From: the human T2T-CHM13v2.0 reference genome, Homo sapiens
Length of the DNA stretch: 64,000 bases
Direction: 5' to 3' (one strand)
Assembly: GCF_009914755.1 (NCBI RefSeq)
Contig: NC_060943.1
Part shown: positions 1-45,199 of the stretch, piece after piece
Numbering within the stretch: position 1 is the first letter of the stretch
Layout of the letters: the number at the start of each line of letters is the position of its first letter
Notes under the pieces: generated by a model
The model's input: the letters and a program-made list of their open reading frames with translations, nothing else
What the model was told of the DNA's origin: nothing
Database searches by the model: none
Translations under genes and position numbers: made by a program

Positions 1-33
1 GTAGTGGGGGCTGTTTTAAATTGACAGTTTGGA

Positions 34-331
34 GCTGGGCGCAGTGGCTCACACCTGTGATCCCAGTATTTTGGGAAGCCGAGGCGAGTGGATCACCTGA
101 GGTCAGGAGTTCGAGACCAGCCTGGCCAACATGGTGAAACCCTGTCTCTACTAAAAATACAAAAATTAGCCGGGCATGGTGGCAGGTGCCTGTAATCCCA
201 GCTACTCAGGAGGCTGAGGCAGGAGAAATGTTTGAACCTAGGAGGCCTGGAGGTTGCATGAGCTGAGTTCGAGCCACTGCACTCCAGCCTGGGTGACAGA
301 GCAAGACTCCGTCTCAATAAACAAACAAACA
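34..331 (+). mobile_element. Alu (AluS-type)
   Basis: Full dimer, GCTGGGCGCAGTGGCTCACACCTGT...CTCCGTCTC, (AAAC)n tail. Confidence 0.9.
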
Positions 332-403
332 GACAGGTTTGGGAAAGCCTCTGAGAAAGGAATGGTTGGCCTGAGCTAAGCGCCATTACCCTGATCCACC
401 TAT

Positions 404-925
<522 letters not shown>

Positions 926-1039
926 TAAAAGAATTCAATTTTTAATGTTTTTGAAACTTATGTGTTTGCTAAACAAATACGTGGGGGCTGATTTTACGAT
1001 CTGAGGCCAAAACCACAAACTGATTACAGGGTCCAACAA

Positions 1040-1780
1040 ATATTTGGCGAGTGGGAGGAGAGGGGTAAGTGAGCTGGACTGGTGGCGTCCTGGCTGTGAG
1101 CAGGCACAGCCGCAGGCTTCAGGGAGCCCCATCGCGGTGACCCTGGAGAGTGGCCTGAATCGGACGTGACCTTGAAGCAAGGTGGTTTTGGGGTCGCCGG
1201 CTGCACAAGGCGCAAAGTGGTTTAGGGTCACGGGCTGCACGAGGCTCCAGCACGTCAGGAGTGGGCGTCTGTTCATTCCCACGTGCATCGCGGCTCTCTC
1301 CTAGTTGACGCATGCACACCCCGTGGGTGTATGCGTTGTTCATTCCCACAACGGCCATCACCACCTCTCCGCACCCTCTGTCTCCTTCCTTCTCGGGCCT
1401 CACCCCTGGCCCTCGCTTTCAGTGCCCAGCCCGGACCGCAGCACTCCAGTTCCGCCCCAACCCGGGAACCCTGGACTGAGGCTCCCGTTTCTGTCCTTTC
1501 TATTGGGCGCACTTCCGATGGCGTCAGGAATTTCAGCCAATAGGAGCCAGCCAGGAAGTACCTCTCTGAGCGGTTGGTGCCGGGTATAAAAGAAGGCCGC
1601 GCAGCCACGGCTGCTCACGACGCCGCGGATCCCGAAGCCTGTGTAGCACTGAGACATCAGTGAGGTTGCAGGAAGCGCCCCCGGCCAGAAAGTGACCCCC
1701 CACCCCTTTCAGGACCCTGTGAACGGGAACAGCCATCCAGAGGGTTCAGGAAGGCGTCCGCGCCCTCACCTCTTCTCCCC
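1040..1780 (+). promoter_or_regulatory. AURKC CpG-rich promoter with CCAAT, ETS and TATA elements
   Basis: High CpG density; ATTGG 1502-1506, ACTTCCG 1511-1517, CCAAT 1538-1542, TATAAAA 1585-1591. Confidence 0.75.
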
Positions 1781-5949
<4,169 letters not shown>

Positions 5950-6054
5950 GCCCTGTCTGCCTCTGTTCCCTTTGTGTGTGTTCAGGGAGCTCTCCTGGCT
6001 CTGCCACCTCATTTGTCTTTATTTTTTTCTCTTTTAAGATGTAAGATGCTAATT

Positions 6055-6060
6055 AATAAA
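6055..6060 (+). terminator. AURKC polyadenylation signal
   Basis: AATAAA about 105 nt after the stop, followed by GT-rich sequence near 6090. Confidence 0.85.
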
Positions 6061-6243
6061 AGCTGAATCATTTCATACCAGCTCTTCATAGTTGTGTGAG
6101 TTATTATGTGACTGGGTAGAATCTTTATTTCTTGTGGGAACTCTTTCCCATGAGAGCTGCCCAAGGTTGTTCTCCCTGCTACCCCCACCTTCCACCTCGG
6201 GAGATGGTGACTTCATTCTTCTGAAAACTCTTGCCTACTTTCA

Positions 6244-6543
6244 GGTCAGGCACGGTGGCTCACGCCTGTAATTCCAGCACTTTGGAAGGCCAAGGCAGGC
6301 GCAACACTTGAGTTCAGGAGTTCAAGGCCAGCCTGGCCAACATGGTAAAACCCTGTCTCTTCTAAAAATACAAAAATTAGCTGGGCGTTGTGGCGGGCAC
6401 CTATAATCCCACCTACTTGTGAGGCTGAGACATGAGAATTGCTTGAACCTGGGAGGCAGAGGCTACAGTGAGCTGAGATCGTGCCATTGGAGTCCAGCAT
6501 GGGAGACAGAGTGAGACACCGTCTCAAAAGAAAAGAAAGAAAA
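6244..6543 (+). mobile_element. Alu with 20-bp target site duplication
   Basis: TSD GAAAACTCTTG(C/T)CTACTTTC at 6223-6242 and 6539-6558. Confidence 0.93.
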
Positions 6544-7607
6544 CTCTTGTCTACTTTCTGCAGATAAATTCCCTGAGGGTACATAAACCTGCCACCTATC
6601 ACAGTGGCTCCTTGATCCAACTTACTATTCTCCATGTTTTCAGGAGTATGCCATTTGTAAAACAGGACTGTCATCAACCCAAAGGTCCACTCTCTTTTTA
6701 TGGACATCAATATGCTGCTGTCTCAGAAATAAAATGTTTCACTGCACGTCAGTGCAACCCACTTCTTAAGTGAATACACTAGCACCTCTGTGTTGTGTTG
6801 CACTCTGATGACATTAGAATAAGTCATTCCTCATAATAAATGTAATATCACCTCTTCTGAAATTACTGCATGCTGCAATTTGGGGAGTGGCCTTCCAGCC
6901 TTCTGTAACCTTCTGTGACAGCTTCATGTGGCAGCTGCTCCCTGCACCCATTATAAACTGACTACCACAGTAAGCATCTAGACTCCTCAGCTGTAAGCTC
7001 AAATGTTTTTTGATCAATGCAGTCAGTTACACCAGTATTTCTCCTAACTTTAGTTGTTAAGCACTTTATATGGAGTTTGCCTTGTTAATGTTACTCCTAT
7101 CATTATATTCTACAAAGTCTCCTCATTGTGAAATATCCAGCAGTTGCAGGCATGATTTCTGCTATGACCAGACCCACTACGTAAGCATAAATAACTCAGC
7201 CACTTCACTTGGATGAAAAGCTCCCACTATTGCAGATCTATAAGTTAAATACTCCAAGACATTGGTTCATGGTTTTTAACCTGCACTTTCAGTATTTACC
7301 TCTTTTTTGTTTTTTCTTTCTTTTACCTGCATGGGGAGACACAGTGCTTACCTCTATATGCTTTGCTTCATCCTATCAGTTTTCCTGAATTAACATTTTA
7401 AACACTTGGCAATTCCTAATAAATTAACTGGTTCACACATATAAACTCTTACACATTTTAGGTGCTGGATAAACACATCACTGGGCACATTTTTGGCAGG
7501 TAAGGATAGAAAAATCACTAGGGCCTCAGCACTGATCACCAGATGATATATGTTTAAATAATGAAAACTCTGTCATGCTTTACATGAGGGATTTGAAAGT
7601 GTCCCCA

Positions 7608-8011
<404 letters not shown>

Positions 8012-8391
8012 TTAACCCTACGGGTCATACACATATGGAAAGGAGAATTATTCCTCTCTTCTAAATTGTGCAAAATAGTATTGTCAATGATGAGTAACAG
8101 TGTTAACAGCTTGCACGCTAATTAAGCAACATTTCTCAATAATCTCATTTTACAAATAATACCTTCTAGAAAATTGATTCCATCTACATTTCCACCCAGT
8201 TAACATCCTGTCATGATACTTTCTCCACTTTCAAATCTCTGGAGGGCATTTTCTGCACACCTTGTTTCCATTTTCATAACCATATGTATTGTCAAATCAT
8301 TGAAAGCTGGATTTTATTCTCTAACCTTCATAGTCATGAGAAGAAAAAAAACAGTCACCAACGGAGACTACAAAGGTTTTGTATAATATGA

Positions 8392-8663
8392 TTTTTTTTT
8401 TTGAGACGGAATCTTGCTCTCTGGCCCGATCTCGGCCCACTGCCGTCTCCGCCTCCCAGATTCAAGCGAGTCTCCTGCCTCAGCCTCCCAAGTAGCTGGG
8501 ATTACAGGAACCCGCCACCATGCCCAGCTAATTTTTGTATTTTTAGTAGAGACGGGGTTTCACCATGTTGGCCAGGCTGGTCTCAAACACCTGCCTCAGC
8601 TGATCCACCCGCCTTTACCTCCCAAAGTGTTGGGATTACAGCCGTGAGCCACTGCACTCGGCC
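8392..8663 (-). mobile_element. Alu
   Basis: Poly-T plus antisense Alu body. Confidence 0.88.
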
Positions 8664-8740
8664 TGTATAATTCTTAGAAGATTGTTATGACCCTAACATG
8701 ACTTTGTTGCTTTCTTGTTTGCAACCAGTTAGTTCAGGGT

Positions 8741-9150
8741 TGTCAAAAGGCCAAAATTACAACAAATTTAGTTTTAGATCTAATTGACTTTTGTTTGTGA
8801 TTCATGAATTGAGGCAATCTCTGTTCTACACAATAGAAATTAGAGTTCCCACTGGGCAATGGCAGAACAGTGGGTTTTGTAAGGTGGGAACAATAAAATA
8901 GAACAATAGAAAAAAAAGCTGATTGGTTAACAGATTACTTTTTCTAAGGGTTAAAGCAGAGGGGACTTCCTAATTTCACTAATTCAGGTAGACTGAAATC
9001 TGCTTTTAGGAAAAACTGGGATCTGTCTGCTTCCTTAAAACTTCAGTTTGATTAGATGACATTTAGTATGAGAGACGCCATTTTGATTTGGTCAGTGAGG
9101 CCTGCTGTAGGAGCTCCAAAACAATGGCCTCCTGTAATTTTTGTTTAACA
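8741..9150 (-). mobile_element. Solo ERV1 LTR (MER31/MER67-like)
   Basis: TG...CA ends; the reverse complement begins TGTTAAACAAAAATTACAGGAGGCCATTGTTTTGG. It is absent at the paralogous site near 50110. Confidence 0.65.
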
Positions 9151-9534
9151 ATGTTCACCTCTTTCCATTCCTTTCTCCATCTATGCTCATTTTTTTTCAT
9201 GGTCTTGTCCAGTATCATAACTTGAAATAACAGTGTTTGCCAAAAACTTCCAGATTTTTATGTCCAGGCACAACTTCTCTCCCAATATTCAGTCAGAGAT
9301 TGAACTGCTGTGACACAGACACTCTGTGGTCATACAGACATTTCAAACTGATCATGCTTAAAGTTGGAGTCATGAGCTCACCCAGTCCAAGACTCCCCAC
9401 GTTAAGGAATGTCAAATCTACTCTACCAGGGCTCTCAGCCAATACCTAAAGCAAAAGTTGCTGGACCATGTGAAGACCAAGCTTGGCCAAAGAAGGCCCA
9501 AGAGAGACAATGCATTTGCAACATGTCCCAGCTG

Positions 9535-25170
<15,636 letters not shown>

Positions 25171-25659
25171 GAAAACCTTCTGTTGCCAAATGTCATTTGT
25201 CACCTAAGGAGTCATATTAGAAAATCACGCAGCTTAGAGCCTTATTCTCCATCCGAATTCATCCTGGAAAAACACCCAGTGGTTATTACGCACTTGGGAA
25301 AACCTTTAGCTCCATCTTTCTCATTAGTTTACAGTGCAATGTTATCTCAGGAATTTTTATAAACAGAAAGAGGTGACATAGAAAAGAAAATGAAATGCAG
25401 ACACTGCTTTTATACTGTTGTCTTGTATGTACATTTCTGTCCTGTGTCAGGAAAGTTAGTAAGGGAAGGTCTGGAAACTTACTCAATGTCTTTGTTCTAC
25501 AACATTGTCTCTTCTTAAGAAGCATTGTTTTTATGAGAAATAATGAAGCCTTGAGTTATGAAATACTTTTATATTTAAGGATTAAAAGAAACATGAATGC
25601 GCACATTTTATTGTACCACTTAATACTGTTTAGGTCTTTGATTTTTTAAAAAAATTCTT

Positions 25660-30310
<4,651 letters not shown>

Positions 30311-31359
30311 TGCTTAGTTTATAATACTAAAGGGCTCAGAAAACAGAAAAAACTAAATTCCAGAGTCATGGTTTTCTGGTGGTTTGTCTCAATATTTGAA
30401 TAGAAATCCTAAATTATCTGGAGGAGTAGAAGTCCTGTAATCTTTTATATTGGGCTTCTTAAATATTTCTGTCAACAGATCTTATATCAGGGTGATCTGC
30501 ATATCATTCAGAGTTACGTACTCCACGGGAAGGTTGTATGTAAAATCCTCCAGCTCTGTAAGCCTTGTTATATCCTCAATGGAGAAGGGGTCATTCCTTT
30601 TCTAAGATCACTCTTACACTTTTTTATTAGACACACACACACCCTTCCCCAACCAAACTTGTCTAAGTCCTCTGTCTTTCATACTCTTGTTTAGTCTTTA
30701 ACTTCTCCTTATTAACCAGCTTCTTTCCCATAATGTATAGCTTTAGTCGGATCTCAAGCCTCGTTTCCAACCTATTTCACCCTTCCTTGCCTATCAAGCT
30801 CTGGTTATTCTTTCTTCCACACACATGCCCTGAGTAACTATTCTGTGCACTGTCGCCACCCCTTTACATTTCCTTTTACTCCCCAGATACTACTAAATGG
30901 CTTCCACCACCGTTGCCTGACTTAAGCACGTCTCAGAAAGGTCCCTTTTGACCCCCTCACTCTCTTTTTGGACCTCCATACTGCTGAATCTCTGACTTGA
31001 AGGTCCTTTCCTGGCTTCTGTGAATTCCTGGCTTTTTTCCTTTTTAGGGTCTGTGTCTTTCTTCCATCTGTAAAACAGCTTTACTTCCCAGCATCCATCA
31101 TGATCATTGCTGTTTTCTAACTTGTCCTTCACCCCATGACTGAGTTAATTTGCGCTGAAGACACTTTACTCCCAATTATCTACAGTGTTTCCCTAAATCT
31201 GTGTCTCCAGGTTGGATGTTTCTCATGTCGTTAACCACTGGTCATCCTTCCACACCTTTTCTGTATTTGCACTCACTGAGCCTATATGCATGTATCATGT
31301 GGCCATGACCTTGGCCGTGGGGATGCACCCATAACCATCATAAGAGAACACAAATTATT

Positions 31360-31580
31360 ACTGTGTATCAGACATTGTTTCGAATGTTTTACATGCGTCA
31401 GCTCTTTTAACCTTTATGACAACTCCATAATGTTATTTCCCCCCTTTAACTGATTAGAAAACTGAGGTACAGAAAGATTAAGGAATTTGTCAAAGATTTC
31501 ACAATTATGAAATTTGGGTTTGGGGACTGGAAGCCACTGCACTGGCTTCAGAATCCATGTCCTTAACCACTTTATTGCTT
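31360..31580 (-). mobile_element. MIR
   Basis: ACTGTGTATCAGACATTGT...GAAAACTGAGGTACAGAAAGATTAAG. Confidence 0.6.
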
Positions 31581-32189
31581 CTCATAAGGTGGGTCTTTGT
31601 TTCCTGGTCATCACTTGTTTTTACTAAAATGGGTCAAACTGTGCTCATTTATTTATAATCTACTATTCTTATTTGACAGTACATCTTGGCCATTCCTTCA
31701 AGCAAATGAGATAAACCAGACTCACTCTTTAATGCCTGCATAAGCTATTGTGACTGTAGAAAAGACGGAGAATGTCTGGGTTTGAGGATATGTGGGAGGG
31801 GTGGGGAGAAGGAGTAGAGAAGGGCTAAGGCATGCATGTTGTTTTAGGTGTGTTTGAGATGCCTGAAGAACATCAGTGTATCCCCCTAATTTCTGTCATG
31901 TTACTCAAACCAGACACATTGTGGCCATTTCTTTTTCCTTTATCATTCCCACGTCCGGCCACTGCCCCATTCCTTTTTGTTCCGTAGTAGACCCTCAATA
32001 TATATGTGTGTGTTGGTAAATGGCCATACACAGCAGGGTATTTTTTATTATTATTTTCAGTTCCCTCAGCGCGTTTACCACAAAGCTGTGCATATAGGTG
32101 GCACCATATATGGCGTACCTTGACCTCGAAGAGAATCTACATGGACTTTTATGGACCTACGTACACAATTTTAGAAATCATAATAAATG

Positions 32190-32687
32190 AATGCTGGAGT
32201 CCTCAAGACCCCTTCCAGATTTGATTTGCTAGGAAGACTCACAGGACTCAGCATTTTGTCATACTCAATGGCTATGATTTACCACACCGAAAGAATCCAG
32301 AGCAAACTCAGCAAAAGGCTCAAACCCAAGTCCAGAGGAAACCAGGCACAATCTTTGAGAATCTTAATGAAATCACACAGGATGTGCTTCATTGAAGCTC
32401 CATCTGGGACTTAAAACAACACACGTGAGATGTGTTCCAGGAAGTCGTCTTGAGCACCCATTGCTCAGAGTTTATATTGGACTTGCTTTCTAGCACATAC
32501 CACAATTGTAGACCTCCAGAAGAACAGGAGGTGTTCAGCGTAAGACAATTTAGGCACACGGAGCTACTTCTCATTACTGGGAACAATGGGAAACTTCCCA
32601 AAACCTAAAGTACAGACTCCAGCCAAGGATGAACCTTGCAAGATCAAAGAATAGCAGTCTCTGGCCTGCTCTGTTCTCTTTTTCACA
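32190..32687 (-). mobile_element. MER68-like solo LTR (ERVL)
   Basis: Reverse complement begins TGTGAAAAAGAG...GCAGGCCAGAGACTGCTATTC...TTGCAAGGTT. Confidence 0.6.
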
Positions 32688-33196
32688 GTAACTTAAATGG
32701 AAAAATGCTGAGTTAGCTTAAGTTTCTGTAACAAACATTAAGCAAATAAAATTTTCTATAACAGAAATAAGCCATAGCTTTGAGATGAAGGCTTATATAC
32801 GTGTAAACCATTGTAACCAAGAAAAAAAAAAAAAAAGTCAGAGTCACAGTGAAAATACTTAACAAACTAGCCAGGATTTAATTCAGTGATGACAGGGAAC
32901 AGAGGAAGTCTTGTGAGAAAGGATCTTGCCTCTGCCTAGTATCTTTCACAGATAGGCTTCAAGTGGTTTGATTTGCAGATACACCCTTTCTTGGCCTTTA
33001 TTTCGGCAAAGATGTGATGGGTAGGTAAATGCCGTGTTCTTTCCCTAGCACGTATGTCAGTTTCTCATCCACTCTTTGTTCTTGCTATTGAAAGTTGTAG
33101 CTTCTGGCTACAACAGAGATAGTTGAAGAATATGGAGTTCGCCATAATTTATCATTAAATGTGGATAATTTGAGATTAAAGAATATGTTGTTGCAG

Positions 33197-33324
33197 GCTT
33201 AGTCACATTGATGGATCTGTCTGTGAGTTTCACTTGGAGGAAGTGGGAGCAGTTGGCTTCAGCTGAGAGGGCCCTTACAGAGACATGATGCTAGAGACCT
33301 TGAGAAATCTGGTCTCTTGTATAT
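33197..33324 (+). pseudogene. Relic KRAB-A exon
   Basis: After TTGCAG: LVTLMDLSVSFTWRKWEQLASAERAL[1-nt deletion]YRDMMLETLRNLVS, then donor GTAACT; 128 nt long. Confidence 0.8.
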
Positions 33325-33680
33325 GTAACTCCTCTTTGTACTCAGACTCCGGCCCACAGATAGCCTTTCCTTTCCAGTGTGGAAAGTTGGGGAGGCTCCA
33401 CAATGCTCAGTGATGTATTTCAATTTTGAGAATTGAATATTTTTAATGATTGCTAAGAGATGGATTATTTTTGCTCATAGCAAAATCTGTTTGTGTTTCA
33501 TATCTCACAATTGGAAGGTCTCAGCTAAATTGTAAATGGACAGTTTCTTTTGCCTCTTTCGGAGTAGTGTCAAGAGTGTGGACCTGGGAGACAGACTACC
33601 TGCTTATACTTTCTGTCCTTGTTCCTACCTGCTGGAAAGGACATTCATAGCCACTCTGCCTCACTTAAATTGGAGATCCA

Positions 33681-34640
<960 letters not shown>

Positions 34641-34696
34641 CTCAAAATGCCACCTCAAACCATTACATGGAAGTTACATTTCCGTGTAATTTCTAG

Positions 34697-34777
34697 AGTA
34701 CTGGGTACCTACATCAGGCAACATGGTATAGAACCATGGATTGGAGGATGGATTGATGCCAAGGAGGGACTGTTTAG
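34697..34777 (+). pseudogene. Probable relic KRAB-B exon
   Basis: TTCTAG acceptor; YWVP...QHGIEPWI...MPRRDCL across frameshifts; donor GTGAAT at 34778. Confidence 0.45.
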
Positions 34778-35022
34778 GTGAATTACTAGGAACCAGACAT
34801 CCAAGGGACCACTGTGTTGGTGGGATCCCAGTGATGTCAGTAGTCAAGACTTTAGAAAAATAGTTCCAGATGCCTTTCTCATTGTTGGACACTTCTGAAA
34901 AAGGCCAAGCACAACTAATTGAGGGCCCCAGATATACAAACATTATTCTGTCATTTCTCCAAGCTGTTTTTGAAGTTTGTCTTTCTGTATATTATTTCCC
35001 AGTCCTACCTACATCATTTGTT

Positions 35023-37160
<2,138 letters not shown>

Positions 37161-38026
37161 ACTCCCAAATCATTACACGGTCAATCCTTTGGGCTTTATC
37201 TGAGCTTTATCTGGTCTGGGAGGTGCCTCATTTACTACCTTTCATCTTGCATAACTTATGCCCTTTCTGTTTTCACTTTGTGTTTCCTTTTCCCACCTGC
37301 CATGGGGCTTTTCCACCACACACTTTGTCCAGTAGTGAATATTTATCCTTCATCCCAGCTACGTCATAAGCATTCTTTCATAAATATCTGTGTGTGTGTG
37401 TGCATACACATGCATATATATTTAGGTTTGATTACTGACTCCTGACTGTCTCACCAACTAGATTTCCAGCTTCAAAAGAGCACAGATGTTAATATGGATT
37501 TTATCCTAATTGTTCCATGCACATAGTTCCTAGTCAGTAGTAGATATTCAGATATCTGCTAAATGGATACGTGGATGAATGGCCTTAATCATCTTGATAT
37601 TTTAGGTTACTTACCTCAGGCTTCATGATTTGCTAGAAGTACACACAAGACTCAGAAAAGCTGTTATGGTTATAGTTTATTACAATAAAAGGATATAGAC
37701 CAGGATCACCAAAGGGAAAAATCACATAGAATGAAGTCCACATGAAAGCAGGCACAAAACTCTGGGTGTTATCTCCCATTACGGTCACATAGGGACACAC
37801 TTAATTCCCCCAGCAAAGATGTGTGACAAGATGTTCACAGTATTATAATACAAGCCAGGGAAGTTCACTCAAGCATTCATTTCTGGGGTTTTTATGGAGG
37901 GTCATTTACATAGGAATGCAGGGTCCACATGACTAGTCATAGCCATACAGCCCTTGCAAAAAGCAAACATACAGTGTGGCCCAGGGCCTCGGGCATGCAA
38001 AATCCAGCATTCACCATGAGGAATAT

Positions 38027-39099
<1,073 letters not shown>

Positions 39100-39713
39100 A
39101 TGTTCTTAGAATAAATTATCTCATCAAATCGATACATGAAGGCCTATGGACTCAGGCTTAAAAATTACTTTTACCAGGCAAAATATTCCAGAAACTCAGA
39201 GATTGTCTTCCTGGAGCTGATCAAGGGCCATTTCTTTCTTTAGAATGTATAGCATCTGAGCAACTGAAGCCTGATGAGTTCACACTTTCGTGTATAACCA
39301 AAGCCCTGGCCCTAGCCTAGAATCTCTTACAGCAAAACAATCATATTTACTGAGCATCTACATTTAGTATAACATTTATATAAGATATATCAGCAGTATC
39401 ATCATGAACATGCTGAGCCACTGGAGCAGCTCGTGTGGGGAATGGATAGATTTAGAAACAACAATCCATCCCATAAAGCCATTCATACTTTTCCATATAT
39501 TTGTATCAATTCAATTACTCATTGTTCTCCTTGATCTACTGTTAATTGTACTTTGTGGTAAACCACCTCCCCTCTCACTACATTGGCTTAAGTTATCCTC
39601 CACCTTGCACATCTGGAAAGAGCCAGAGCTCCCTAACAGGACTTCTCCCTCTTGCCCCTCCCATATTCCAATTTCCATAGACTACCCAGAGTGATCCTTT
39701 TAAAACATAAATC

Positions 39714-40626
<913 letters not shown>

Positions 40627-40861
40627 CACAGGAACATATTACAACCTCTCTACGCTGGCATAAAAGACTACACAATTTGTTTCCATCTATCTCTCCAACT
40701 TCCATGCACATTCAGTTCCAGCCGCACTAGGCTTCTTGGTGTTCCACAAACACCCAGGATGCTCTGTCAGTTCCATTGTCCTGTGTGTTTTCTCTGAGTG
40801 ATAACACTGTTTCCTGAGATCTCCACTTGATGAGTCTTTAATTCCTCCAAGTCCATGCTAA

Positions 40862-41071
<210 letters not shown>

Positions 41072-41312
41072 TAGCCAGGATGGTCTCGATCTCCCGACCT
41101 CATGATCTGCCCGCCTCAGCCTCCCAAAGTGCTGGGATTACAGGCATGAGCCACCACGCCCGGCCTAACTGTCCTATTAGACCTGTCCCAACCACTCTGT
41201 ATTGCACAACTGGCTTTATCCCACTCTCACTGATTCTTAATCTGCTCTAGTTTGTCTTATCTCCGCAACACTCCTAACCTTCTATATTGTTTAGGAGTTT
41301 TGGATTATTATT

Positions 41313-41316
<4 letters not shown>

Positions 41317-41362
<46 letters not shown>
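41317..41362. repeat. (TG)23 microsatellite
   Basis: Visible directly. Confidence 0.97.
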
Positions 41363-41363
<1 letters not shown>

Positions 41364-42671
41364 TATGTATGTGTCTCCATTGTGACTTTTTGTTTTTTTG
41401 TTTAGAAACAGGGTTTCGCTAGATAGCCCAGGCTGGTCTCAAACTCCTGGTCTCAAGCGATCCTCCTGTTTCAGTGTCCTGAGTAGCTAGGACTACAGGA
41501 ACAAACCCACCAGGCCCAGCTCTGTATCTCCACTGTTTAGAGCAGAGCCTATCACAAGATAGTCAAGTACTTGTTGAGTTAATTAATTAAAAGTTAGTAA
41601 ATATATAAAAATATATTTTCAAATGGTTATGAATGTCCTAAAGAAAAATAGAGCAGAGTAATATTGGGGTGAGGGACTACTTTAAAATTTTTATTATTGT
41701 TATTATTTTTTAAACAAACAGGTTCTCTCACTCTGTTGCCCGGGCTGGAATGCAGTGGCACAATCATGGCTCACTGCAGCCTAAACCGCCGTGGCTCAAG
41801 TGATCCTCCTCCCTCAGCCTCCCGAGTAGCCAGGACTATAGGTACCCACCACCACGCCTGGCTAATTTTTAAATTTTTCACAGAGACGGGGTCTCACTAT
41901 GTTGCCCAGGCTGGTCTTGAACTCCTGGGCTCAAGTGTTCCTCCTACCTCGGCTTCTCCAAGTGTTGGGATTACAGGACCCCACACCTGGCCGGAGGAGC
42001 TACTTTAGATTAAGAGATCCGCACTTGAGCCCAGGAGTTTTGAGAGGAGCTGGGCAACACAGTGAGACCCCATCTCTACAAAAAATAAAAAAAAATTAGT
42101 TGGGTGTGTTGGTGTGGGCTTGTGATCCCAGTTACTCAGGAGGCTGAGGTGAGAGGATCACATGAGCCTGGGAGGTGGAGGCTGCAGTGAGCTATGACCC
42201 TGCTACAGTACTGCAGCCTGGGTTACAGAGGAAGACCCCATCTCAAAAGAAAAAAAAAAGAGTAAGAGATCTGGAGAGGCCTCTATGAGAAGGGAATGGT
42301 TGATACAAGCTGAGACTCATTACCTGGACCACATGTCTACAATCCAGGTGGCACTGGCTCAACACTGTATCTTTTACATCATCTTGCAAAGTGCCTTCCC
42401 TCAGCTTCTCTAAGAAGTATTTGTAGAGTGAATGTTGAGTGGATTTTATAATGATGCTGTGAAATCCCCATGGTCTCCTGGCACCACTGTAGGACTGTTA
42501 CTGTAGGACTGCTGGGTCACCCCTGGCTGTTAAGGCCATTTCCCTTTCTCTTCTCTCAGCAACCAGCCTATGGCTTCAGGGGAAACTTCCAGTTCAAGAC
42601 TGAAAGTCATGGTTTTGGCCCTGAGATGTATTTCTGCTCCTGACTCCATGAGAACAAGACAGATTCTACAG

Positions 42672-42750
42672 GGAATGAAAGGAGAAGCTACAAGGAATGA
42701 AAGGAGAAGGAATGAAAGGAATGAAGGGAGAAGGAATGAAAGGAGAAGCT
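42672..42750 (+). repeat. Purine-rich GGAATGAAAGGAGAA degenerate tandem repeat
   Basis: Five GGAATG copies in 67 bp. Confidence 0.85.
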
Positions 42751-42949
42751 GACTGGAGCAAACACTAGTTATGAAAGGATTCCCTATGAAGTGAGACTTG
42801 AGATGAAGAGGAAGCAGCAGATTCCAGATGAATTTTAGGGTTGGAACCCATATATTACCTTCATAACCAGAGAGCCTGGTATTCTTGATTCTTCCACTAT
42901 AGACCACTGATGTGGTTTGAGAAGAGAGTACAGAATGACACCACTTTCA

Positions 42950-43315
<366 letters not shown>

Positions 43316-44039
43316 TCAGGTTGGCGTACCTCCACATGTTTCTTTCCAGGCTCTCTGCTTGTCCCCTCAGGCAGTATCTCTGGATCTGGGTTCTAAAGCT
43401 GGGAGTGGGAACAATGGCCCACTTCTGACATCCTGCTTTGAGGGTTGAGTGCTCAGTGGTAGCGGGTGGCCAGTGGTCTCATGTCTTTTCAGCTGCCCTG
43501 TCATGGTACACTACTACAGACTTTCAGTGGGGCAAGTGTGATGAATCCCCAGTGCTCAGCATCATGATGCCCAAGGAAGGGCCTTCATCTCACCAACACT
43601 GGATGGGTGGAGGAAGGGAGCTCCTGCCTCTGGGGCTGCACTCACTAGGGATTTAGCCTCAGCAAGTTTCTGGTGGCAAGATAAGAAATGCTGACATCCT
43701 ACCCTGCTGGGAAGACAGCCCTCTGTATGGAAGCTGAGAGGGAGAGCCCTGTGTTCTTGTCTGCAACACTGTAGAGTACAGTTTCCATATCATTGAACTG
43801 GGAGGGCTGAAGGAAAGAGATAGTCTTGGTTCAAATACCACAGACTCTCGCAGTTCTTACAGAAGGACAGATTCTCTTGAATAAATATTTTTTCATTTGA
43901 TGTATATCCTTAGGACTATCTCCAGAGACACGACTTTTTTTGTTTTCATTTTTGTTTTTAATAATTTTCAACAGTTTTGTTGGGGAATAGGCCCACAGAG
44001 CTCTTTATGCTGTCACGCCAGAAGTCTCTCCTTGCTTTT

Positions 44040-45060
<1,021 letters not shown>

Positions 45061-45199
45061 GCCTTATTAATTACTGGTTTTAATTTCTGAAAAATCAAGT
45101 AAGTGCTCACCTTAGCAATACATATATTAAAAATCAAATGTAAGTGCTTCTATGTGTGTTTTGTGAATCCCGTCTTATACAAATAAGGTAAGGGAGATA

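Noticed and set aside
32819-32836. A-tract as a processed pseudogene tail or true mRNA end
   Set aside because: No upstream retrocopy or TSD recognised; it is more likely a genomic A-run that could cause internal priming
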